DNA of 64,000 nucleotides, taken from contig NC_091471.1 in NCBI RefSeq assembly GCF_036971445.1, positions 195,424,001 to 195,488,000 of the forward strand. The letters run 5' to 3'. This stretch comes from Narcine bancroftii (lineage: Eukaryota). Each line of letters begins with the position of its first letter. Position 1 is the first letter of the stretch. Below are positions 52,691-64,000 of the stretch, one piece after another. Position numbers and translations under genes: made by a program. The notes beneath the pieces were generated by a model. The model was not told where the DNA came from. It saw only the letters and a program-made list of their open reading frames with translations, and ran no database searches.

Positions 52691-52997
52691 TAAGGAATTT
52701 TTAAAATAATTGTCAGATGTTTTCAATCTTTGTCATTTTCAAAAGTATTCACAAACATTTAAATTCACTGTCAGCTCTGCCAGTTATGTGCTGCAGATCA
52801 AACCTGTACTAAATTTAATCTTACATACAGTTTAAGAAGCGTACATTCAGAATTCTACACATAGCACTTAAAACATTACACACTAAAATATCGTTGACAA
52901 TGCAACTTATTTTGGTGGCATTGAGTTCCATAAATTGAACAGTAAATCACCCATTTAGTAAAAATCAAGAATTTAAATTTTTAAAATTCAAAATTTA

Positions 52998-53212
52998 AAT
53001 GTAGACATACAGCACAGTAAAGGGCCCTTTCAGCCCTCGAGTCCTTACTGGCCAATTACACCTAATTGATCTATAACCCCCCCACCCCACCCGGTACGTT
53101 TTGAATGGTAGGAGGAAACCAGAGCACCAGAAAGAAACCCACGCAGACAAGAGGTTAATGTACAAACACCTTACAGACACCGCCGGATTCAAACCCCAGT
53201 CGCTGGCGCTGA
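52998..53212 (-). mobile_element. V-SINE
   Basis: ggaggaaaccagagcacc...aaacccacgcagaca core, inverted relative to the 52490 copy. Confidence 0.75.
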
Positions 53213-53389
53213 TCATGAATATGTTTAGCTTGTTAGTTTTCTACTAGCAAAAAAAATAGGAAACAGGTTTAATCTGAATCTGCTGTGCAATACAACTTCA
53301 GAGCAGATGTTGTGGCTCCACAAATGCACGAAGAGGTAAAAAGTTCGATTATGTTATTTTAAAGTACAAACTAAACAAACTTTTTTTTT

Positions 53390-54045
53390 TGCAAGTAATA
53401 GTCAAATTTTGCGGACCAATTTTTAGGGTAAAATTTAGGGGGTCGACTATTACATGCATTCTACTTTTGACAGCGGTAAAGTACCTGCGTCACTCAGGGA
53501 ACTCAGATGGGTGGGCAGGTGGCTGGGACTGTGTGGTAAGTCTGAGGTGTTAAGAGGCATCGGGAACTTGATGGGCGGCCGATCAGGTCCAAGTCTGAGT
53601 TCAGTACTTTAGGAGCTCAGATGGGTTGGATGTGAGCGCGGCTGAGGTAATCAGGAGCTTGGATGGGTAGGAGGCCTGATCCAAGGTGAGAAACGGGGTC
53701 AGGAGCTCCGGTTAGCGGCCGGATCAGAATTGCAGGTAGCGGTGTCTGGTGGCCAGGGCCAAGGCATGAGTCTGCAGTCTGGGCATTGGGAGCTCGGATG
53801 GGAGGGTGGTTGGGGCATCAGGAGCTCTGATGGGCAGGCATCTGAGACCTGGGTGAGAGACGGTGCAGGGTTTTGGGAGCTTTGATGGGTGGGTGACCAG
53901 AGTCTGGGAAAGAGATGGTGGTCGGGTTGTCAGGGGCTTGGATGGGTTGGTGGCTGGGGCCAGGGGGGGATTGACCTCTACACGCAATATATGGATAATA
54001 CTAGATTTTTGGCCCAGAAATAGGGGGTCAACTTTTACACAGTAT
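53390..54045. mobile_element. Probable non-autonomous DNA transposon with internal G-rich degenerate repeats
   Basis: Repeated gggggtcgact/gggggtcaact subterminal motifs and recurring ggagctc..atggg units. Confidence 0.4.
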
Positions 54046-55297
54046 CAACTACAGGTACAAAATCTATTATCAGAAACCCTTGAGCCAGACAATTTTCAGA
54101 ATTTGGAATTTTTCGGATAATAGAATAATAGTAATGGCGGTACGTCAAGTAATTGTGTTGATTTCAGATTTGCGCAAAACAAAGACACACTCCAATTAGA
54201 AGGGTCTCTGGACAGTGTTTACAGGACAACAGTTATTATGCTGAATGAACTAGGTTTACCGATTAGTTTAATATCACTTATTTGTAACCATGTTAAAATT
54301 CTTAACAGTAAGTCATTTTCAAGTAATTCTTCTCACCATTGCTTCCAAAGGTATGAGATCGTATCTTAAGCTCTGATAGGTCTATCTCGTGACAGCAAAT
54401 CTATTGCGTGCAATGGCTACAGTTTTGAAGATTCTTTCACAGTTTTAGAGTATACCACTAATCAATCCAAATAAAGGACACTGCATGAAAACACCAATGA
54501 CATCCTTAAACAGATTTTAGCTGGAGTTGGAGGATGGGTTTCATCTTTTCACTACTGTGTTACTTTCTGTTTTTTACCCAATTAAGTTAATTGCCACCAT
54601 TGCAATTTCCTTGCATTCATCTGATATTCCTGCCTACAATTGCTATTCAATAGCCTGTGAAAAGCTATTATTGAATTAACTTTATTATTTTATCTTGGAA
54701 CATTAAGCAACCAATTCCCTTTTTACATTTGAAATGTCAGAAAGAACACTCAAAAAAAACTGTGGCCATACTCTCTCCAAGCTGAAAATATTTACAATAA
54801 AATAATAAAGCATTGGAGAACATTCATAGAGGACTTGGAAGGAATGATCGAGATCTGAGAAGCAGTAGCTATCAGAAATTATTGAAAAGGCTGAGGTGTT
54901 TTTTTCTAAACAAAAGGGAAAGCTCATGTGTGCAAACAAGTAGTCTGCATGCACTGGAAAATTGGAGCAACACACACAATGCTGGAGGAACTCTGCAGGT
55001 TAAACTGCATCAGAAAAACACAATGGACAATTGACTTCTGGGCCGAAAACCTGTAATCAGAATTAGCAAGAATAGGGAGGGAGTCTGAATGAAAGGGTGG
55101 AGAGGAAGAAGCGTGAGGAGCATAAGCTGGCAGATGACAGGTGAATACTGGTGAGAGGAGGAAGAAAGGGAAGGGGATAGGGGGCCAGAGAGATAAGGAA
55201 AAGCAGGGGGAGGGAGAAATATGAAAGGGGTGGGGGTGGGGCGGAAGGATGCTACCAGAAACTGGGAGAAATCAATATTGGTGCTGTTCCTCGAATT

Positions 55298-55673
55298 CAG
55301 TGGTTCTCAACCTTTTTCTTTCCACTCACATACCACTTTAAGTATTCCCTATGCCATAGGTGCTCTGTGATCAGTAAGGGATTGCTTAAGGTGGGATGTG
55401 GGTGGAAAGAAAAAAGTTTGAAAACCACTGTTTTAATCGTACTTAATTGACTCGTTATGTGCATGGTTTCATAACTCCAAAGGAAATGGGCAAATGACAA
55501 TTTTTCTCAAGCAAAATAGTTCAGTAACAATTGGGTCTAGAGCAGTGCTTCTCAACCTTCCCATCCCACTCACATACCACCTTAAGCAATCCTTTACTAA
55601 TCACTGAGCACTTATGGCATAGAGATTACTTAAAGTGCTATGCGAGTGGAAAGAAAATGGTTGAGAACCACTG
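55298..55673. mobile_element. Composite hAT MITE, inverted copy of 43420..43793
   Basis: Same two units and spacer in reverse complement; degenerate TSD CTCGAATT/TTCTAATT. Confidence 0.88.
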
Positions 55674-58600
55674 TTCTAATTGATGTGTGGCCACAACTTG
55701 GCAGTACATGAGGCCTGGACAGACAAGCCTATGTGAGAATAGGAAGTGGAACTGAAGTGCCTCACCACTGGGAGAACCTTGCTGTTGCAGCAGAGAGTGT
55801 GGAAGTGCTCAATGAAGCTCAAGGGGGAATCAAATAAAGAACTTATGATGGAACTTGATAAACTAAAGATCTTTTTTTTCTCACTGTAAGTCTGAAACTC
55901 TCAGTTCAAATTTATAAAAGTCTCTGATAAACCCAACCATCTTTATTGGAGAGGAAAATGGAAAGAAATACTATTGGATTGACATTAAACTGGAATACTG
56001 AAGCTTCAATTTGTCTAGATTTGTCCATCTGAACCAAATTTAATGTAGTCCATATAGCCTCAAAATTAATTATGAGAGTGTAGCCGGCCAAGCGATTGCC
56101 TGGTTAAATGGGCCGAATCACTGCCCCAGTCGGTTGGTGCAAGATGGTGTGGGGCCCCATTTCCTTCTCCAGAGAAACCCACATTTGCAACAAGCATTGC
56201 CAAGGTAATGTCGCCAACTCCTGGTCACATAGCGCTGAGCAGGCAGTGACTCCCAATGCGCTGTCGTCACTCCCAGAAACCAATGCGTTCCAGATAGGAA
56301 GTGGCTCGTACCCTTAAAGTAGCGCTTGAAATGTAAATAAAGTTAGTTACTGGTTCACCCTCGCGTGTGTGGACGCATTTCATTTCAGCAGCGCTGCTGT
56401 TAGCAGACGCTGTAGTGGTAACCCCAAGGTTGCAACGTCTTTGGAACCCACCTTGAACGCTACAAAATGGAGGATGCTGCTACTGCTTCAGTCACAACCA
56501 CAGCTGCGACCAACGCTGTGGGTGTGCATTTGCCACCCTTCTGGGCCAGCCAGCCCAGGAACTGGTAACAACTGGCCGAGTCCCACTTCCAGGTCAGAGG
56601 CATTGTCTCGGAGGACACCAAGTTCTGGTACGTCATCAAAGCCCTGGATGCCACTACTGCTACTTCGATTTGCTGGAAATCAGCTGGCATAAACGCACCA
56701 TTCGCATCCTGAATATGCAAGGCCTAGGCTATAGAAACCCCTCTGACCTCTTGCATGGGATGGTAGCTTTAGCTGATGGGCACACAAACTGTTTTCTTGT
56801 TTGAGGCCCTGTTCCTTTTCAAACTACTGGTGCACGTTTCCTCGGTAATATCAGACATGGACTTCAGCATCCCACACCTAGTAGCCAAGGAAGCTGACAG
56901 ACTTTTCATACTCTGCAGCACCACTCAATACATGTACGACTGATCTATGCCAACTGCGCAGCCGGCTCAGCCCCTGGGCCAGGGGTTTCCCCTCCGTTAG
57001 TTCCGCCAGCAGTCGCCACGACCCAACTGCAATTCAACGAATGCTCAAACGGAACGATTACTGTTTCTATCACTGCAGATGGGGCTGGAAGTGCAACAAT
57101 GGGAAATGAACAGACTGGCTGCCTATAGTGGCCTCAGCAGTTGGCATGCATAAAGGCCTACTTTACCTGAGGGACAGCAGACATGGAAGGATTTCCTAGT
57201 TGACACTGGCACAGAGATAAGCCTCATCCTGCCTATGTACTTTGAGCCCAAGCACAATACTAAGGGCCTTCCCCTACAACCAATGGCTCTTCCATTCCAA
57301 GTTTTGGCACCCGTCTGGTCACAATCGATGCTGCAGGAACTGTTTTCAATTGGAAGTGTATGATCATGTCCGTTGGGCAAGCCTTCCTCAGAGATGATTT
57401 CCTCCAGGCACACAAGCTCCTGGTAGACGTGAACAGATGCTGCTTGGTCAATGCTACCACTTTCCAGTCATACCCTTTCAAGCTATGGAAATGCTCCTTT
57501 ATGCTGTTGGGCATCCATGGTCTGTATTGCAATGAATATGCCCTTTTACTGGCCAAGTACCCATCACTGTTGGTGTCCAATTTCCACAATGCTAAACCAG
57601 CACATGGCGTGGAGGACCACATCGAAACCACTGGACCACAGTGGACGCACGGGCACTGCACTTCCCACAAGACAAACTCCTCCAAGTCAAGACTGAGTTC
57701 GCTGCCATGGAGGAGTTGGGTATCGTCCGCCATTCGAACAGCCCCTGGGCATCCCTGCTGCACATGGACCAGAAAATTCCGGCGGTTGGTGTCTGTGTGG
57801 CGACTACAGATGACTCAATGGCATCACAGTCCGAGTTAGATACCCCATCCCACTCGTCCAGGACTTCGCTACATGGCTCAAGGGATACCACCAGATTCCA
57901 GTGTAACCTAATGATGTCCCAAAAACGATGATTATTACACCTTTCGGCCTCCGCGTTCCTCCAAATGCCTTTTAAAGAGTGTAGTCCAGATCTTTAACAT
58001 CTCATGGATGTGGTCGGCAGGGATCTCGATTTCATCTTCATTGTCAGCCCCGATGCCAGCACGCACAGAGCTCATCTGACTCTCCTTTTCAAGAGGTTGC
58101 AGGAGTTTGGACTTACGGTGAACCCAGCTAAGCGCCAATTCAGTCTGGAAACCATTGATTTCCTGGGACACCGTACCACCCGCGAGGGTACCACGCCATT
58201 GCCGGATAAGGTAGAAGCCATTCAGTGTGTCCCGAGGCCGAGCACCATCAATGACCTACAGGAATTTTTAGGGATGGTGAACATTTATCATCGTTTCCTC
58301 CCGGGAGCAGCTACCCTCATGCAACCTCTATTTGACCTCATCAAACTCAGCAACAAGGTGCTCCAGTGGACACACAAAACCAATGAAGCTTTCCAGGCCA
58401 CTAAAGCGGCCAAGCAGATACAGCATCTCTGGCTTATCCTGACTCTTCCTCCCTCCGGCTCTTACAACAGACGCATCGGACATAACGGTCGGCGTAGCAG
58501 TTGAGCAGTGGGTTGATGATCAGTGGCGCCCCCTGGCCTTCTTTATCAAACAGAACTAAAACAGTGCGTTCAACTGTGAGCTGTTGGCCTTGTACCTGCC

Positions 58601-59388
58601 AATACAACATTTCTCATAAATGCTAGAAGGGTTTTTGTCACCTATACAGACAACAGACCACTGACTTCTGCATTAAGTAAAGTCTCAGACCCATGGTCGG
58701 CGACACCTCTCCTATATTTTGGAGTATACAATTGACATCCTCCACGTCACAGGCAAGTTCAATGTGGTGGCTGATGCTCTGCCCAGACCGGCTGTCTCCA
58801 CCATCTCAGGAGGACTTGATGTTGCCCAACTGACCAGGGACCAGGTAGAGGATATTGACGTCCAGGCCTACCGGACTGCTATCACCAGCTTTAAGGTTAG
58901 CGATTTCTGTCCTTCACTGGGGAGCCCGACTTTACTGTGTGACATATCAACAGGTTTTTCTACACCCATCCTACCCGCGACCTGGTGACGGCAGGTGTTC
59001 AACCAAATCCACGGCTTGTCACACCCTTCGATAAGGTCCATGGTCCGTCTGCTGTCCTACAAGTTCGTGTAATACGGCTTCCACTGTGACGTCAATTTGT
59101 AGGCTAGCACTTGCTTGGACTGCCAGCGTGCTAAACAGACACACAAAGGGCCCCCTCCAGAGTTTTGCCCCAGCACAATGCCGATTTGACTATATGCATG
59201 TGGCCTGCTCCCCGTGAACCAACATATGTGGCATTTATTCACAATTAGTTGACCGATGTACCCATTAGCTAGAAGCGGTACCCCTGCCAACATGCGACAC
59301 ACGGAGACTTGCACCTTTTTGTCCAGTTGGATCGCACGTTTTGGCATACGAACCCACATCATCTCAGACCGAGGGGCCCAGCTCACTT

Positions 59389-60135
59389 TGTGATGCAATG
59401 GGTTATTTAAATATATGCTTATAAAAGGGATTAGAATTGGATTAGCTGTTAGGTTGCATGCATTTCACAGACACAGCCTTGCAAAGTTCCACGGGCAGGT
59501 GCAAACAAAAGGCTTTGCAAACTGAAACACAAAAAAAAACAGTGCCTGAGACATCAGGAGGGGAAGGGCAGAGAAGAGAAGGCAGTTAGCAGGAGGCAGT
59601 CTGAGAAAGGCTGGACAGGAGTCTGCTGAAAAGGCTCCCTCTTTTTCAAGATTGGGCAGAGTTCTCAGTGGAAATCAGGAGTGGCGGCTAGTCTTCCCAG
59701 TGTGGCAAAGAGGAGAACTCTGTGAGAAGAACCTGGAAAGAAGACAAGTTTCTTCTGGAAGACACTCTGGTTTGAGTATCCAACAAGCAACAATCACCTC
59801 TCTGTACCCCTCCACAACTTTTCTGCCTGGCAATTCTAAGTAAAGCACTGAAGTTTGCTTGAATTTACATTCACAGATTGATTCTGTGCACAGGATTGAA
59901 GATTACTGGAAACTGTAGCCTTGGAAACGTGGACAGTGGAAGATTGGTCAGTAAAAAGGACTTTCTTGAAAACACATTACACACACTTGCGCTTAGGTTG
60001 GGGGGAGGGATTGTGTAAATAATTTGTTGATGAGTCAAGTGTTGATCTTCTTGTTCTATACTCAGAGAATTAAACTAATTTTGTTTAAGGAACCATTGCT
60101 TTGGTGTATTTCTATTGCTGCTGGTATATGGGATT
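59389..60135 (+). mobile_element. LTR of the 45402 family nested in the Gypsy integrase
   Basis: Splits SDRGAQLT from SSLWSS...YHPQANG; shares aaccatt..ttggtg.at.tctattgctgctgg with the 45402 LTR end. Confidence 0.75.
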
Positions 60136-61042
60136 CCTCGCTCTGGTCAAGCGCAGCCAAGTTCTGCAGCTGCCAGTTACACACCACGGCCTACCATCCT
60201 CAGGCAAACGGACTTGTTGAACATTTTCACTGCCCTGAAAGCCCCACTAAAAGGCCTAAATTGGATGGACAAACTCCCATGGGTACTGTTGGGAACTTGC
60301 ACAGCTACAAAAGACCTACCAGCGTCATCAGCCGAGATGGTGTACGGCTCCCCACTTACCATCCCAGCGGACATTCACTTCAACCTTCCCGGCCCACAAC
60401 CCAGTGCCCTAGATGTCCTCCAGCGCATGAGAGGTCAGATGGTTAAACCGAAACTTCAGCCACCTTCCAGGCACAGCTCTCCAACTTGCCACATCCCAGC
60501 AAATCCTCAGTCCACCGACCTTGCTTCCATGCGGCGAGGACAGCAAGGAACACTCCTGCAATGTCTCTACAAAGGTCCATTCAAGGACTTGCAGCGCATT
60601 TTCACCCTGGACATTGGTGGGTGGCAGGACATGTTTACCATTGATTGCCTCAAGGCAGTGCATTTGGACTCAGCACTGCCTGTCCCAGCTCCCCAGAGGC
60701 CGCCCGCCTAAAGATAGTACTGTGACTTGCTCAAAGTGTGGCAACGATTCTGGGGAAGGGGGAGTGTAGTGGGCCGAGCGATCGCACGTTTAGACGGGCT
60801 GCATCGCTGCCCCAATCGGTTGGCACAAGATGGAGCGGGCCTCCCCTTCCCTTGTCAGGAGAAGCCCGCATTTGGCAACACACATTGCCCGGGAGATGTT
60901 GGCACTTCCTGGTCGTGTAGCGCTGAGCAGGCAGTGACTCCGCAACGCGCTCCAGACAGGAGGTGGCTCTTACAACGCGTTCCAGACAGGAGGCGGCTCG
61001 TATTAAGGGTGAAATTCAAATAAAGTCAGTTACTGGTTCACT

Positions 61043-61045
<3 letters not shown>

Positions 61046-61116
<71 letters not shown>
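61046..61116. repeat. (TG)n microsatellite inside the Gypsy 3' LTR
   Basis: Perfect run of about 35 units; the 5' LTR has only cgcgtgtgtgg at this site. Confidence 0.97.
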
Positions 61117-61117
<1 letters not shown>

Positions 61118-61859
61118 ACGTATTTCAGCAGTGCTGCTGTTAGTGGACGCTACAAGAGGTTATGCTTTTTTTATTGTGTTTACTTATTACTTTACCCTCA
61201 GATTGCTCTTTGCCATTTAAAGAAAAATATAATTTGGCTGTTACTTTTTTTTAAACCATATTCTAATGTGCTTTCCTCAAAGTATTTTGTCTTTATCGTT
61301 GTCACTTCTCGTTGAAAGAAATTTTGTTTTTCTTAATCCACAATTTTTAGTTTAAGAGATTTTTTGCTCATTCTTTGCTTGGTGTTTTGAACGTCTGCTT
61401 TTGAAAAATCTGAACAATAAAGCTCCTCTTGACTATCATTACGGATGTTATTGGAAAAACTGCAGTTGGGGCTGGGGGATAGAAACAGAATTGGTCAGCA
61501 GATTGGGTCGAATCTCTGGGGAGAGAAGGGTGGCTGAAGTTCAGGGTCCCCAGCCTTGCTCGGGGTTTGCAAGTTGCCAATGAACTGTCATCAGTTCCCT
61601 CCGTGCGTTCACATGACATGAGGAAACACGGGTGGTGGCGACTTCCTGCCAGAAAGCCGGTTCCCCCAAGTCGCAAGGGAAGGTCACTTTGGAACAGTTT
61701 CTGCTGAGATAGTTTGCATTATAATCTCTTGGAAAAATGACACTGATGGTTAACGCTCTCTCTTCCCCGCCAGCCTTGTCTGCACGCCGACAGCTTCATA
61801 TTGAAGCAGTACCTCGGACCTTTTCACTCACTGCCAGTGACGACCTCATGCACCACTTT

Positions 61860-62250
61860 CCCCCACCAACCCCGAACCCCCCCGGGCCAGTTGCACATAT
61901 CAGTCCTGATCCCGTCGGACCCGAGAAGGCTGCAAGGGACTAGGGCGACCATCGTGTACCTGGAACACTCGGTACTTCTCCACAAACTCGGGGCTCCCAG
62001 CCGCGTAGCTCCGCCCGTACTCTGCCACAAACGTGGGGAAGAGCCCTTGCGGAGTCGCCTGTTGCTCGCGGAACGGCTGCCGGGCACCGCAGCAGCCGGG
62101 GCGGGGGAGCTGGGCGGCGGCCAGCCACCAGAGCAGCACCAGCCAGGACATCCTGCCGTCGACCCGCGCCCGCGGTGCCGGCTCCTGGGTGTCCATCAAG
62201 CTGCAGTTGGCCCGTGCAGGGGCGAGCGTGAGCCAGATCCGCTGCTTTCG
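61860..62250. promoter_or_regulatory. CpG island over CTSO exon 1
   Basis: GC- and CpG-dense stretch within an otherwise CpG-poor window. Confidence 0.75.
61960..62196 (-). CDS. CTSO: Cathepsin O exon 1 (signal peptide and start of the I29 propeptide); ATG at 62196 or, more likely, 62151
   Basis: MSWLVLLWWLAAAQL signal-like segment; LFPTFVAEYGRSY...EFVEKYRVFQ; CAG|GTACAC donor in phase 0 joins exon 2; CpG-rich context. Confidence 0.9.
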
Positions 62251-62285
62251 CTTTCACTTTACCAGACTTCCCACCTTCCTCCCGC

Positions 62286-62813
62286 CCCACCACCCCCCCT
62301 CCTCACCACCCCCCTCCTCACCACCCCCCTCCTCACCACCACCCTCCTCACCACCCCCCTCCTCACCACCCCCCTCCTCACCACCCCCCTCCTCACCACC
62401 CCCCTCCTCACACCCCCCCTCCTCACCACCCCCTCCTCACCACCCCCCTCCTCACCACCCCCCTCCTCACCACCCCCCCTCCTCACCACCCCCCTCCTCA
62501 CCACCCCCCTCCTCACCACCCCCCTCCTCACCACCCCCCTCCTCACCACCCCCCTCCTCACCACCCCCCTCCTCACCACCCCCCTCTCACCACCCCCTCC
62601 CTCACCACCCCCTCCTCACCACCCCCCTCCTCACCACCCCCCTCCTCACCACCCCCCTCCTCACCACACCCCCTCCTCACCACCCCCCTCCTCACCACCC
62701 CCTCCTCACCACCCCCCTCCTCCCACCCCCCTCCTCACCACCCCCCACCTCACCACCCCCCTCCCTCACCACCCCCCTCCTCACCACCCCCCTCCTCACC
62801 ACCCCCCCTCCTC
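62286..62813. repeat. 15-bp minisatellite (CCCCCTCCTCACCAC)n, about 35 units
   Basis: Direct tandem array with 1-nt indel variants; contains no G on the + strand. Confidence 0.95.
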
Positions 62814-63019
62814 AAGGAGTCACAAATGCACTGCTTGAAGGCAGCGGGAGCGAAATTAGCGCGGATTATCATGACTACAAAAGAGATGCCAAAATGCTGC
62901 TGGAAGCCAAGACCTGGACTTCAACGCCCCACTGTGCAATGAGATCCTGAAATTCCTCAGGACCAGATCCCATTTGGTGATGATTGGCAAGAACATCTCC
63001 ATCAGTACAGGAGCACCAC

Positions 63020-63900
63020 AGGGATGTGATCTTAGCCCCCTGCTCTACTCCCTTTCGATTTATGACTGCGCATTTACAGATTTGATAACAATACCACAGT
63101 AGTGGTCTGTATAAAAAGGGGAGCTGAATCATACAGGAGGGAGATTAAAAACAAGGTGTAGTTTCACAGTCAATGTCACCAGAACCAATGTTAGCAAAAG
63201 CAAGGAGCTGATTGTGGACTTCAGGAGGAAATCAGGAGAACACAAACCAGTTGTCATCAAGGGGTCAGCAGTGGAGAGGGTTAAGAACTACAAATTCCTG
63301 GTGTCAACCTCTCAAGATCGTTCCCTGGAGCCACCATGTCAATGCAATCACTAAGAAGGCTGGTCAGTAGCTATATTTCATGAGGAGTTTGAGGGTTTTT
63401 GGTATGTCTCCCAGGACTCTTGAACATTTCTACAGGTGTACAGTGGAGTGCATTCTGGCTGGTTGCATCACTGTCTGGTACGGAGGTGCCAAAGGGCATG
63501 ACAAGAAAAAACTCCAGAGTTATTAATTTGGCCCCAGAGGGTTGTAAATTTGGCCTGCGACATCACATCCCCAGACTTTACTCCATCGTTGACAAGTCTA
63601 TAAGTGGTGGTGTCTTAATAAACCAGCCTCTATGCTCAAGGACTCTCACCACCCAGGCCATGCCCTCTTCACAATGCTACCATCAGAAAAGAGGTACAGG
63701 AGCCTGAAGACAAGCACCCAGCAGCACAAGGACAACTTCTTCCCCTGCCGTTAGATTTTTGAATGGACACTGAACCACAGACACCACCTCGCTTTTTCTT
63801 GCACTATTCACTATTTTGAAATGTTATTTATAACAATATTTGCACGGTAATGCTGCCACAAAGCAATTAATTTTGTGACAGTTGCATCTAAATCTTCATC
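63020..63900 (+). mobile_element. Rex1/Babar-type LINE fragment, decayed
   Basis: KELIVDFRR, VERVKNYKFL, FYRCTVECILAGCITVWYG; homologous to 27700..28600. Confidence 0.82.
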
Positions 63901-64000
63901 ACCACCCTGCGCCCCCACCTCCCCATCCCCGCATCATTTAGGAAGCATTTAAAAGTCTGAAGATGAGGCAGAAAAGACTGAGCTGCTGTCAAGTATAAAG

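Larger units (their letters stand above)
56079..61154 (+). mobile_element. Gypsy LTR retrotransposon, CsRn1/Kabuki-type, full structure, decayed; in CTSO intron 1, antisense
   Basis: LTRs at 56079..56414 and 60765..61154; AGAG TSD; tRNA-Trp-like PBS TGGTAACCCCAAGGT; PPT at 60752-60764; gag AVGVHLPPFW...EDTKFWYVIKALD and CFYHCRWG; PR FLVDTG; RT IDFLGH; IN ISDRG and TTAYHPQANGLVE. Confidence 0.93.

Noticed and set aside
39432-61158. Same TSD (AGAG) for the ERV solo LTR and the Gypsy element
   Set aside because: Two 4-mers from unrelated integrases are too few to infer shared target specificity.
61801-62950. 345-aa and 305-aa Pro/Thr/His-rich ORFs resembling extensin or mucin
   Set aside because: They are translations of the stop-free 15-bp minisatellite plus the antisense of CTSO exon 1; all frames are open and the starts are non-ATG.

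Overview
This is eukaryotic DNA from a vertebrate, inferred to be a shark or ray from its repeat content (V-SINEs, CR1, Rex1/Babar, a HERV-I-like ERV). It holds two tail-to-tail host genes. The last four coding exons of TDO2 (tryptophan 2,3-dioxygenase) lie on + at 2264..8629. A complete 8-exon CTSO (cathepsin O) lies on - at 33798..62196. This matches the human TDO2-CTSO arrangement, and all exons were joined by hand with GT-AG sites and consistent phases. Almost all other sequence is transposon-derived: a decayed ~7.2 kb HERV-I/HERVIP10-like provirus (tRNA-Pro PBS) plus a solo LTR of the same family, nested Gypsy elements, a full-structure CsRn1-type Gypsy in CTSO intron 1, L1, RTE, CR1 and Rex1/Babar LINE fragments, V-SINEs, and hAT, Tigger-like and Harbinger-like MITEs. 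I found no intact novel gene system. The best leads are: the provirus gag with two matrix-like segments and no recognisable capsid; a stop-free 84-nt (3n) TDO2 intron next to the heme-ligand His; a composite hAT MITE whose inverted copies bracket an in-frame CTSO exon 2-4 block; a G-rich minisatellite abutting CTSO exon 1; and one-sided CpG decay between paired LTRs. Family assignments come from recalled motifs, not database searches, and TE boundaries without a TSD or TIR are approximate.
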